From: Yuukianura sp. NJ FZ-2021
Taxonomy: Eukaryota
Reading direction: 5' to 3'
DNA: 64,000 nucleotides
Assembly (NCBI GenBank): GCA_046563655.1
Contig: CM102290.1
Coordinates: 1,550,001 to 1,614,000 of the forward strand
This document shows positions 1-12,635 of the stretch, piece after piece. Under the pieces are notes generated by a model. It was given only the letters and a program-made list of their open reading frames with translations. It had not been told where the DNA came from and searched no databases. The position numbers and the translations under genes are program-made. Positions within the stretch are counted from its first letter, which is position 1. Each line of letters starts with the position of its first letter.

Positions 1-48
1 AATATCCCACTCAAGGTTCCCTGACAATGAAAAATAAATTTGCTTTAA

Positions 49-250
49 CAGGTTGTGTACTACCTCGCTTGTTGATAAATGAAATAAAAACAAAATTTGG
101 TACAAATTTTTGTATCAATCCAAAAATTGGTACCAAGTCGTATGTAAAATTTAAAAAGTTCGGCTGTATTGTGATGACTATGATACATGAAATGAAAGAC
201 ACTCTTTTTTTTTTGCAAAATCGAAAAAACACAAGGTATCACTCAACCTG
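49..250. mobile_element. Non-autonomous MITE with CAGGTT...AACCTG termini and TTAA flanks (piggyBac-like), copy 1
   Basis: TTAA|CAGGTTG at 45-55 and CAACCTG|TTAA at 244-254. Internal sequence (TACTACCTCGCTTGTTGA, AATTGGTACC, AAATCGAAAAAACA-AAGGTAT) matches 44120-44350 in reverse orientation. Confidence 0.7.
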
Positions 251-3200
251 TTAAAGAAAATCAAAGTCAACAAACCTTGATCCCACTAGCCTATTCCACA
301 CCAGCAGAAGCAACAAACTTACATCTCACTCAGAAGAAATAAATTGTCGGTTTCCAGAAAAGCCAAATTTTGGACATTTAAAAATTCCAAAACGCAAACC
401 CTGTTGTAATTTTCTATTATCCTTGCCGAAATTTCTAATTCCTAACTCTGGACAGAAATAGAGGAGCCCAGACGTATTTCCAAATTTTTTTTTTGTAAGC
501 TCCAATTAATTGGTATAGCTTTTGGAACTAAAAATACAATACCATTGCGCCTCCTTACTTCCTTTGCTTCGTTATTGATTTTATATTAAGAAGTTTAGGC
601 GTCTAACCACGGACTTTGTTCCAAAGGTGATCTTCTCCCAGTTCATCAGAGAAATCAAAACAAAATTTCAAACAACGTTCGCTCTGAACACGCACATGCT
701 CTTTCCTCCTCGATAAATTTCTTGAGGAAAAAAAAGAAATTTCAATTTAGAAGACTTAGAAACCCACCACAGAATTAGGCGAAGCGCCGTCAAGAAAGAA
801 CACGAAAAAACGTAAACAAGAAAGCCTAATCTTGACACATCTTGACAAAAGAACAATTAGTTTACAATTTTGTCGCAAAATTTGCCGAAACTCAGTGTAC
901 TCCTTTGACCGTACTTGATGAGCACACTTAAACGACATACAGAAATTTAAGGACTACAGAGCCCTTGACCGGAAAGACAGTTGAGCCAAAGTGGTTTAGA
1001 TGCTAACCGCAGCAAGATGAGGAACTAAAATCGGTATGCGTTTGTAAGTTGTATAGCTCGGAAGTCGGAACTTGACAGAGTTAATAAGGCATAACGGAAT
1101 GACAGGTTTTCTTCCACGGCCGTCGCATCTTGTTCCTACCTCGTCCTGGGATGACGAAAGTTTCAACGTGGAAAATGTCTTGTCTTGTCATTGTGTCGCT
1201 CCTTCTAGAAGTTTTGATGGCAGGGAAAGGTGAAAGTGAAAGTCCTCGTAATAAGCCATTCCACCGCGACGGCCGTTGGGTTCCACCGTGGCGGCGGTTC
1301 CAAGTGAGTGCTAAGGACCAAACTTAAATGCTAAATCTCCCCTTCCCCTAACTTGCCACTTTGTGCGGAGGCCGTTAAGACTCCTTAGAAAGTGGGACGA
1401 CCACGTCTTAACTTCAATCCAACACAGATGTAACTCCGACTGTCAAAACTACCGCCTGTCTCTCCAACCGTCTACAACTTAGCGAAGAATAAAAATGTAT
1501 ATTTTTACAATGTAACTCCTATATCAAGAGCCGCCCTAAGTTATTAATGGAATCAAAGATGAACTATCTTCTCCTTCATAAATAATGGATTCACAAACGC
1601 ACTGATGGCCATTTCTCTATCTTCCATGCCCAAACAAACCGCTGTTTTTGAGTGGATCAAAAAGTGTAGCCTCCATCACTAATTCAACGCTTACAACCTT
1701 AGGAAGGGCGGAACGCAGGACGTTCTGACCATGGAGGAACATGAATGTCAAAAAAATAAAAAGTTTCCCAAGCTCAAGGTAGGTCACACAAAAATCCAAA
1801 ACGTGACCACGATCCTTGTTTCAAACTTCTTGCATGTTGGCAAATGTGAACGGATCAATTTATAGTTGCAAACAAAAACGCTCCATTTTTTTAAAAACAA
1901 ACAGCAAACTGCGCTAATGTGAAATAATAGATCAGGCACAGCGTGAGCCCACTTTTTATTATAGCGATGATTTCCGTTTGAACTCTCTACTGTCCGTGAA
2001 CTTCTAAATTGCATATGTTTCCACGTTGAAGATGCTTTTAGCCAATAAAAAATAATTTGAAAACGTTTGTGAAAAAAAGATAAAATTTTGAACCAAAGTT
2101 AATCTGACACGATTTTTTTCGGAGCTGGCTTCTTTACGGAGGTATTTGTAGTGTGATTTGTAGTCTTTGAGCGCATTTCCATCACAATTAATTATTAAGG
2201 AAGAGCACGAGCATGGAATGCGCCAGGGCAATGTATCACCACAACCGCATCCACCCTCCCGCGTCTTGGCACCATCTTTGAATCAGAATCCGACAGGAAT
2301 CCAGGAAGTTTCTCCATTCCAAACCCTAATTGCAACGAAACATTCACTCCGAGTCAACAAACGGAATAGGAAGGAAGCTTTCTCCTAAACACGCCGTTTC
2401 CTACAAATGCAGACTAAATCAACGTAGGACTTCAACTGAGGCAAAATCTATCAACCAATTTGAACAAACTGTAGGGCTACTCAAACCTTAAATTTCACGT
2501 TTTTATAGAGAGTTTCGCTCTCACTCCATAAAATAATTCAGATGCTGTGGTTCCTGATTTAACGGCGTGCTTCGTCATGTGCCAAGTACCATTCGTTTCA
2601 AAAATTTTCCAAAACATCACTAGGTCAAAAGTACCAAAAATAGAAAGTTAATACACCACATATAGGCCAAAAATAAACTTCTAATACCCATTACGAAAAT
2701 CTAAATTACTGTGACAGGATACATGTTAATCACTGGCTTCATGTACTCAGATCAGACTTGCGAGGAGAGCGAAAGGTTAAACACCTTTGACAAACTAAAT
2801 TGAGTTTTTAGTGCAAAAAAATCTATAAATTGATTAATTGTTTCACAAACTTAAGCTTATACTACAATTTTCTGTCTAAAAATAAATGTAACCCCCACAA
2901 AAACTTCAAACAGAATCGGAACTGTTTGAACTTTGGTTAAGAATATTCGAGTAGAACACTCCAACAATTAGTGAACCGGAACGACTACAAGTTTAACCAA
3001 CGCTACTGGGTCACCCTCACCCGCACTTATTTTGACATTCACCAAAAATCGGTCTCAAAATGCTTGAGTAAAGTTTCATTTCAGCCATCTTTCAAGCAGC
3101 AACTTTTTCAAAATTCTTTTTCCTTTTACCAAAAAATAATGTAGCAACAAAGCATGAAGAAGGAAAAAGGCGGGAGGTTGGGTCCAATGACTTAATGTAA

Positions 3201-3721
3201 TTTTCGTGAACTGAGATTTCCTGCCTAGCTTTCTCCGGTGAGCTTTAGAGAATCAATCAGAGGCAGAGTAGGCGAGAGAGACAATGGGAAGAAGCAGAGG
3301 GCTTTCTCTGTTTTTGAAAGTAAAGGCTTAGCAAACTGAGGGGCTGGTAGCTGGAAAGGAAATGAAAAATATAATAGAAAGTTAGACTGAGGCTGGAAAG
3401 GCGCGGAAAGGACTCGGTTGAAGTCTGGAGGCTAGGCTAGACTTGTATCAGGTGGATGAAAGCGGAAGGAAATCCATTCCAAAGAATCAGACCAACTTCC
3501 CAATGCATCTTTCCTCTTTACGACCGACGAACAGCAACTAATCTCCGACTTACACTTTTTTAGATTGATATCCAACCAACAGAGTGGCTCCAGGATCTCG
3601 TTACACTTTCCGACGCATCCGTCAATCTATATTCCGAATTTGACGGCTCAATTTCTGTACTATTCCTCTACCGTCATCAGGAAACCTGACGAGAAAGCTA
3701 ACAGTTGCATCGGTCACCAGA

Positions 3722-3955
3722 AAGAAACACTGCGGAGAAACCCAACAATCGCAACAGAAACGCTAGGCAGAAGCCTAACAATTTCAACAGAAACGCTGCG
3801 CAGAAGCCTAACAATCGCAATAGAAACGTTATGCAGGAGTCTAGCAATCTCAACAGGAACGCTGAGGAGAAACCTAGCAGTCGTAATGTAAACTCTTAAC
3901 AATCGCAACAGGAACGATGCGCGATACGGTGAAAGCTAACAAAAGCAACAGAAAT
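3722..3955 (+). repeat. Degenerate 33-bp minisatellite (~6 units, AACAATCGCAACAGAAACGCT...)
   Basis: Recurring AACAAT(C/T)(G/T)CAACAG(A/G)AACG with 33-nt spacing. This gives 11-aa periodicity in ORFs 3565..3891 and 3705..3899. Confidence 0.75.
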
Positions 3956-6900
3956 TTCAAAATTTAAAAACATTAAGTTTTGTTGGTTTTTTTTTTAATT
4001 CAACCAATTTAGTTCCTGTCTAGTCTCCTCCACAAGCATGTGAATGAAATCCTGAAGATTTCAGCCAGTGTGTGAAACTTCCCTCCAAAAATTTTTCTGC
4101 TTAAAATAAATAGAAAGTAAGGGCAAGATGATGCTGCTGCGAATAATATGTAAGCTCTACTCCAAATCCGCTTTTCCCTCCCGTGTTGCTGCTTACTTCA
4201 CATAAAGATGATGAATTATTAAAGGAGAAATCGAAAAATGAATTTAAGTAAGAGGCACTTTGATTCTACTCTGGTCGACTAGCTTTTAGGTTGGGAGGTT
4301 GGGCTGAAAGATGGAAAAAAAGAAGAAGAAAAATCCGGGACTTTTAATCTATTTTTAAAAAAGAAATTCAAAAATCTTTTTCTCTGAAGAAGAAAAGCGT
4401 CTTTTGAGAGACGGAGGTCCATGGGACTGCTGGAGGAAAGGCTTTTTTAAACCTTAAACCTTCATTTAGAATTCTACCTTTTCTTCATTTAGAAATTTAA
4501 AGGCTCTGGAAGAGCAGTGCAGAGGGCAGAAACAGTAGTAACCTTCGTTTTCATTACAAAAAAAAATCCCTGCCACACAAAGGAAAAGGAAATAAAGAGA
4601 GAAAGGAAAGAAAGCGAGGCCTTAAGGCTCCTGGACTCCAGAAGAGATTTATTGCAAAATTTAAAAATTCATAGCTCCACTATTTCTTCCAAGGGAAAAA
4701 CGGGAGAAAGTAATAGTTTGTGCTAAAAAATTTTTCCCCGTTTTTAAAAATTCAAAAAATTCTACTTTCTCAAAAAAAAAACTCCGAAAATAGACATTTG
4801 AAATTGAAATTGTTTTAAGCCACACACGCCATTGCTCGTTTTTATAGCACAGGAAAAGTAATTGAAACTTGTTCTTAGATGCACCGTTGTCCCATGACTC
4901 ACAAACTATGCATTTTTGCTATTTTAAAACTTTCAAAGTACCAATCTCCAAAATAGATGACGAGATTGAAGAGCTTTTAGGAGTTGTGAATACTAAATGA
5001 AAGGTTACTGAAAACAATCTTAGACATTAGATGAATAACCTCGTATGCGTTTGAGGTATCGACTATTTCAATGTCAAAATGTCACTGTGGATCAAAAACT
5101 GGGAAGGATATTGATTGGTTTCTTTCAGCTTTCAATTTCAAAGTCATCATCATCGCTCCCGTCAGCGTCACTGTCGAACTTAAAATAGTAACGCTCTCCT
5201 TACTTAAGTCCTTTCTAAAGACGTCATTCACTTTCTCCGTCCTTAGCCAATTTCACTTTTTTTTTTTTGGCAAAAAAAAGTCAATGCGAGAAGGTCATCG
5301 AAGCTGAAGAATTGAGCACGAAAATGAATAAATAACGAAACTTTCTTCCTATTTTTCCCCTCGTGCTCCCTGCGTTAACGTTTATAGGCTCAACTTTTGA
5401 TTCCGCCAAAATCTAAAAAAAAAAACTCTTGCGACAGGGGGGAACCTACGGAGAAAGCAATTCCACAAGACACATTCTATAAAATAAATCTTGTTGTAGA
5501 CTTTTAGTATACAGAATCAACTATCACTCTCTTCTCAATCCAAATCAATAAGCTAACTTCACATCACCCAATTCCAAAGTGAAAGTCTGACATTGCATTC
5601 TTAGATCACGCCTATTTCGTTGTTCGATTGATTCAAATTCTGGCGCTCTCCTACTTCCATTTTTCTTTCTTTTTTAAAGAAGGTGACAACTAACCAAACG
5701 TGAATCTTAGCATTCCTGTCGTCTCGTGAGTAACATGGCGCACGTATTCTATTTACTGCTGACTATGAATGAAAGCTGGATTTCATGAATTCAAATCAAT
5801 TTAGTAATCCGCATCAAACTTCTCTGGAGAAAAAGAAAACAGTTAGTGTATAACAATAAGAACTTGACTCCATCCAATGTTTGGAATTGACCAGTTCAGG
5901 CACTCTTCAAGTCGTAACGCTCCGATGGACAATAAGAACGACTTTTATTTGCGTCTCTTTTTAGCAACGTAGAAATGTCCGAGTGCTATCAAGGGAAATC
6001 CGGGTTTCTTCTACTCTAACTCCCAAGACGACGTCTTCCTAGCTAGAGAAGGTGTTTTTTTTTTCTAAACAAGAACAGAAATGCGTTGTCTTGATGGCCC
6101 ATTGTCGTAATCCCAAAGTCAAGGCGTAACAACAAACCCACCTCACCCACTTTTGTTCAATGCAACGAACCTTGTTCCAAAAGGTAAATAATGAATTAAC
6201 CTCATCAATATAATAACAACCTCTTCCCCCACTTTCTCCAATTTGCCCAGAACATAAAAAGTAGACCGGAAAACTTGTTTTCAGCATGGTGCAGCCAACA
6301 ACATATTGCGTTAGGTTAACCTAACGCAGTAGATAGTTCAAGGGCTGACCTCCTAGGGGCAAGGGAGGTCGATTTATATCCTAAGCTCCTCATTCCAGCC
6401 CAACTTTAGGTCAAGTCCTGTCCGCACCATTTCTTATTTATGTTTAGCTTTTCCAAAAGGCGGGACTGTTGCCGCGGAACTAAAAATGAGAAATGACGCA
6501 ATGTGTGCCAAAGGATTAACGCGGCTGCTCCGAGGATCCCGTCCATGTCCAAAATCCGTACATTTTCCTAAGCCAAAAACCAACTGTAATGACATTTACC
6601 TATATCGCTCGTCCCAAAAACCAAAAGTTTCCAAAGTCCTTTCACTTTGCTAACATAACCTTGTCCTATCCAGGGAGAAAGTTGACTTTCCAAAGTACTT
6701 AAAGCTCCTTCCCAAGTTTGACGGAGGGCAATTCCTTTTCTAAAAAGGAGCAGCAGAGCAGATTGTAAAGTTCGTAGGAATGTGGGTTGGCTAAAAAGTT
6801 TTCAAAATAGTCTCTAAACCAAACAAAATGCAAGTCCATAACTTGTCTCATGTTTAATCCCCCATGATACTCTCAAAGTTAAACAACCAACTTTAAACAA

Positions 6901-8693
6901 CTAACTTTACAGTGAAAAACAAGCCTACTAACAAACCTATCCAACGTATTAGTTCCACCAAAACAAAATTCTTTCGACTCCTTTTGTCACCAGTCATATT
7001 TAGACAAAATGTTGGAAAATTTTGCCTCGAAAATATGACTGGAGGTTTCTCTTTCCAAATCCAAACATCCACAAATATCCTGCTTAAGCCAGGGAAGACA
7101 CTGTAGGAAATTTGAAGGTAGATGAGCGGCAGGGGTTCTGTCCAAATTTTGGTGTCGCTTTAGATCCTATCCTGGTTTCCTATTTTGGGCGACATCTGAG
7201 GGTATGTTCAGCCCGTTCAATCAGCTTCCTTCTCCGTCGTCCTTAAGCCATCCTAACAAAACTTTTTTTCTGAGAACTTAGGGAAAGCGTTGGTGACGCT
7301 CCAGCCATGTAACGCTGATCCTGATCCCTCTGTCTCTTCTGCTTCAAACCGATCAAGCCCTTTTGTAAAGCCAGACACAAGAGAAAGGAGCCTTCTTATT
7401 TAATATCATCGTCGCTTCCCCCAGGACAGTTCTCGTCCATGCCAGAATCCAATAAGACCAACTTTCTTTTCATCTGTTCAGACACAGGTAAGGTGTGTTT
7501 AGCCTCCAGCCTTTTCTTAAATTCAGCAATTCAGAGAAAGCTCTGCCATGGGAACCTGTCTGGCCAACGGTGAAAGTGAGCCTACACTACTGTTGTCCAA
7601 TCTGTACTTTTGGTTCCTATTTGTGTCCAAGGCCTCTTTTGGTTAACCACAAGGGAAGAGACGTGAGCTTTACAACGAGAAAGGACTTTGAAGCCATGAT
7701 AGTCCCTGTGAGAGTTCCTCAAAAAGTTACCGTCTTTGTAGTGGAGAAAATATAATGAATAACAGTATTAGAGTCATGATGGAGTTACGTCTATTCAATT
7801 CAATTCCGTTTATGACATCCCACCAACTTTACTTTTATGTTCTTACAACAGGAGACCTCAGTGAGTGGAAACAAGGGAACTTTCCAGTGTGTCCAGGTAA
7901 CGCAGTTATGCCCATCGATCACCTCTACTACAACACACGAAGTCGACATGTTCACAAAAAAGTCAACGAAGTACTGACATCACCGAGTCAACATACTCTA
8001 AAAGTCAGTCAAGAAAAACTAATGTTTTGAGTGAAATATTAATTAACAAACGAAGCTACAGGGCTAAACTAAGCTGCAAGGATATCATATGTACTACTTT
8101 TGTGAGAATTTTCACTTTGAAACTTCTAATTCGGAAGCAGTACATGCTGCTTGATTGCCTGTAGTAAAAACTAAGTTATTTCCCAATCAGTTGGAAGGAT
8201 GCGTAAGACTATACTAGAAAAGTCAGACTAAAAATAGAAAATGAACGTGAATTAGTCACTGTCATAGAAGCATACGGTTTTCGATCTAGTACGGAACTCG
8301 AAGTGTGAGAAGCCTTGTGGCCAAAGCCTAATAAAATTTCATTTTTATGAAAGTGTCATTTAATTTGCCCCGGTAGTAGCTCACAAAGTCTTTAGGTAGT
8401 GCCCAACGTTATAGCTCCCTTGAGATGTTATGACTCCATTAACCACGTTATTAATGGTCGTCAAATTTAAAATTTTCATGACCCACACTTACTGAAACTG
8501 ACTCCAGTTACCCTTAACTCATGCATTCAGAACGTTTTCATCAATATTCTACGACTATGCAACATTCAAACCCTCTAACAACTTCAGCTCAATCAGATTC
8601 CCATGTCCTCCACCACGCATCCTCAATCACATTAAATCTTCGGATAGGATTAGAGTTAGGATTAGAAAGTGGGAAGTAAAGGCGTGAAAAAAA

Positions 8694-9690
8694 TTTGCTA
8701 ATCCGCTGGAATATACCAAAAGATTTCCTAGACATGACACATTCCAAATTCCCTTGAGTAGGAACAAATGATTTGAATGTAGTTTTTGGGGCAGTGAAAT
8801 TTGTTTACTAATTTTTTTTTGGTGAAAATTTTCGGGAAAAAAATATTTTCTTATTCGTAATTTTTACTTTTTATCATGTTTCACAGTTTTTGAAACAATT
8901 CGAGCAAAAAAATATATTTTTTTTGACCCCATGGGTCTTCCTTCGCATTTTTTTTTCAGAATCTGAACTTGAAAATTTTCTGTGTACGGAAAGTGAAGTT
9001 AGTATCTTATACACCTCAAAATGATCCCTGAAAGAAAGTTGTTCAGCTGCTTGAGGGTAGTATTTTGTGTCCTAAGGATTATGACCCTACGACCACTCAC
9101 TGAAGTCATAGGTCAACCCAAACATTTCCTTTAAAAGTTTTTTTGCGTTGACCTATGACCCCAGCGAGAGGTTGTAAGGTCATAGACCATAGGACAAAAA
9201 ATGCTGCCCTCAAGAAGCTCAAGCTGAACAACTTATTAGCGGGTAGTTTTTGAGGTAGTTATAAGATTCTCACTTCACATTCTGCACTTCAAAATTTCCA
9301 AGATTTTCAAAAAAAAATGAGAAGAGAAAACCCTTAGGGGGATCAAAAAACAATTTTTTTTTGCTCCAAATATTCTAAAACGTTTAAAACAAGATAGAAA
9401 GTCAAAATAACGAGAAATTTTTTTTTTGAAAGTTTTGACCAAAAACAGAAAAAGTTTCACTGTCTCAAAAAAAAAACGACAATCTAACGCAAAAAAAAAA
9501 TCCTAGATATGTGACATTGCTAATTCCCATGGAGTACCAAAAGATTTCCTAAATATAAGACATTGCTAATCCCTTTGAATGCCAAAAGATTTCCTAGATA
9601 TGAGACTACTAACTTCGACGAGCACCAAAGATTTTCTAAATACTAGGCATTGCTAATTCCGTTGAGTACCAAAAAAATTTCCTAGACCTT
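8694..9690 (+). repeat. ~45-bp minisatellite (CATTGCTAATTCC...GAGTACCAAAAGATTTCCTAGA) interrupted by a foldback element
   Basis: About 1.5 units at 8694-8760 and about 4 units at 9500-9690 share ACCAAAAGATTTCCTAGA and CATTGCTAAT. Confidence 0.65.
8780..9480. mobile_element. Long imperfect palindrome / foldback-type element (~700 bp)
   Basis: Symmetric pairs around ~9133: GTCATAGGTCAAC/GTTGACCTATGAC, CTTGAGGGTAGTATTTT/AAAATGCTGCCCTCAAG, AAGTTGTTCAGCT/AGCTGAACAACTT, GAGCAAAAAAA/TTTTTTTGCTC, CAGTGAAA/TTTCACTG. Confidence 0.75.
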
Positions 9691-11069
9691 CCGCGGGGGT
9701 ACATTAAGGGGTTACGGTCGAAATGCTAACTCGGGTTACATAAGTTTTCCTCATAAACTTTACTTCAACGAATCGCTGGGCAGCGAAGTGGAAAACGTAA
9801 AAAGAAAGCGCAAATGAGTTTTTGCTTGTCATGACCCCAAGTGCGAAGCGCCAAGTTTAAAAAACGGTGGATCGTACCCATTTGTGTCCTGACGTGCTTA
9901 GGGGAAGAAAGCTAATGGTCAATTAGACACTGCTGTGCAAAAAATAAGTGCAGAAGGGACTAAGGCCTAATTTAGCTAATGAAGAATGGGTCAAATGGAG
10001 AAACTCCCAGTTGATTACGGACTCTCTTACTCTAACTGCAACTCCTGCCCAAACTACTTTCACTACAACAGACAAAGCGTACCCAAAGAGAGTTTTTCTG
10101 CCCCACTACACACCCGAATACGGAACTAATTTCCCACAAAAACGAGTCTTTTTTTCGTCTTACTGTACTTCTAGAACCAGAGGAATGCGTTTAGGTTCTC
10201 GGGAAACATGAGCAACATGAACTGACGTTCAAACTTTTGCCATTCACGCTAACACTGTCCATCCGTCATTCAAGCACTCGTCAGGGTCACTCGGTTCGCT
10301 TTTTCCTGCCACTTTCACTCAGATAATAGTAGGAACCAATCAAGGGAAAAGAATTAGATTAGATTCTAAAATTTTAAATTAAAAAAACTAAGTCAATTAT
10401 GTGGAGGTTTGAAAACTTCAGATCCCACACAGGAAGGAAGAGGAGGATCGTTTTTTGTTAAATTGTGTGAGTTGGAAGTTTCATTTTTGGAGACAATGTG
10501 AGAGTTAAGAAAAGTGGAGAAAAGTGAGGCGTAGCTGTAAAAACAACGGAAAATCCAATAATTGTGTTAAATCGATTTCACTAACGCTCCTATTTTTTTC
10601 ATCTTTTTCCATTTGAGTGACTTGAGGAGAAAGCATAGTGAAAGTGAGGACTCGGAGGAGGTTCTTCCTGGTCAAAATATGTGTCTGCCTGCATGTGTAT
10701 ATGTGTGTAAAGACAGATACTTGGCATGATTAAGGACTTAGAACTGTCTTAAAGTCGGTTCAAAAGAAATGAGCAGAGTCCTACGGGGCGTAGAAACGCT
10801 TCAAGTTCCTACTTTTTTCGAGTGTGGAGTGCCACTCCTTTAGTTTTCTTTTTCTAAAAGATTCCGTCTCAAAAACACGTCTCCTTCCTCAGTTCTTTTA
10901 ACGAAATTGCCCGAAGCTTAAAAAATTTCTTCTTTTTTTGTTCTAAAAAAGAAATTACTTTCTTGTAGAAGAGCTTGTGTCGATCGCTGCACTGTTTCCC
11001 GTTATACTCTACGTATGAAACCACAGAGAAGAGACGCGTCTGGCAAACGAAACCTCTACATTGTACGAA

Positions 11070-12555
11070 TCACTAGACATAGACGAGAAGCAATGTTCTG
11101 CTGCTGTGGTTGCTTCGGTTAGTTCGACAACCGAAACAGCATCTATGGTTTCGAAACAACTCGAGACTTTTTTTAAAAACTAAGGTAAAAGTTTTTGAAA
11201 GGGTCTTGAAAAACGAAAATCCTGGACCCACGACCTTTACTTTTCATTACTTTCACAATATTACAGACGAAAAGCAATGACAAAACTTTCACCAACGTTC
11301 GATTTAACTACGAGAAGTTCCATCATCCTATCCGGGAATTTTCAAAATGTTCGACGCACTTGACCTAGACAGTCCTATTAGTTTGTTGAAAAAAATCTGG
11401 AACAATAGAAGCTACTCAAAGCATGAACGAAAGGATGCAAGTGTCAGGTTTTCAATCAAGAACAAAATTGCAAAATTCACAAAATGAAGGGAGTAACTAT
11501 AACAAGAGAAAGTAAGCTCTGCTTTTCAGCGTAACTTCCAGGAAACAATTTGGAGTCCAAATTTCCAGCAATTTATAACTTGTCATACAGAGAGAAGGAC
11601 GTGTATCTTTTCCAATTCAAACCCGGTACTAGATTGTACTTGAAAGGACCTTTCAGTTCCAGGTTCAATGAATCCATGGCAAAGAGCTCTAAAAAGTTGA
11701 AATTCAGCGTTTCGCTTTCACTTTACGGGAATAAATAAGCTCCAAATTGCACACAATCCAGGATTGTTACAATAAAAAAAAGAAGTGCGTCCTTCCTGCG
11801 AATCGGAAGCAGGAACTTGCGCCATTAGACGCTACAGGAATACAATGGTGAAAGGAGAGAGTGGCTAACTACTAACAAAAGGACTTGGCTGATACTAATA
11901 TTCCGAACGATTCTTTGTTGTGGTTCGTCGTAAACTTCCGCCATATTGCTCTAGCCACCTTCTTTGAACTTTCAGTGGAGCCTCTTAAGTCAAAGTTATC
12001 ATCAACCACCAAAGCAAAGGGAACCACGCCTTAAAGTAGCAGCAACTTTCCCACCACCATCGATTTGCACAAATGCAAAATGTCTTCCAAGGGCCTTGGC
12101 CCTTGCCACTTCCTACTAGTTACTACGGTTCTGTCTGTCCTTGGTATACATTTAAGTGTCACATCTTACTTTCCCCGTGCCACCACATCGTTTCACCAAA
12201 GAAACCTTTAAGTCACGTTGAGGTTTTTGAGCCAGAACAAGAAGAAGCGCTGACGTTCCAAATGACAGCGAAAGGGCGGGAAGGGATGACTTATGAGTTG
12301 CTCAAGGTGAACCTGGAGACAGTGCTACCTGTCCCGCCAAAAGTTGGCAGCAGGTAGCATTCCCTCCTTCGTCCAGCATCCAAATCCTGGACGAGGACGA
12401 CAAAGAAAAAACTGGAAATGGAAAGTGCAAGAAGGCTTAAGTGGGAAAGTGATCCCGTGTCAAAACGGGAAAAGTACACACACTTGTCCTGCTTGTGCAA
12501 ATATTTTCCTATGTTCTGGTAGACGGACTCATGTTTAAGCCTCGAGGTCACTCTC
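11070..12555 (+). pseudogene. Highly decayed piggyBac-like transposase relic
   Basis: Motif remnants occur in piggyBac order across frameshifts and stops: LDIDE(AM) ~11073, YGFE ~11144, GLEK..HDLYF ~11202-11243, LQEYN ~11833, PWPL / TSY*LL..LVYI ~12095-12155, MTYELLKVNL ~12286, and KSTHTCPACANIFLC (Cys-rich C-terminal domain) ~12470-12515. Spacing is irregular. Confidence 0.45.
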
Positions 12556-12635
12556 TGTGTCCAGCAGAATACTGGGGGCGGGGGATATGAAACGTGAAGA
12601 AAAATAAGCGGATTTTGAGAGGGGGACGCTGGACT

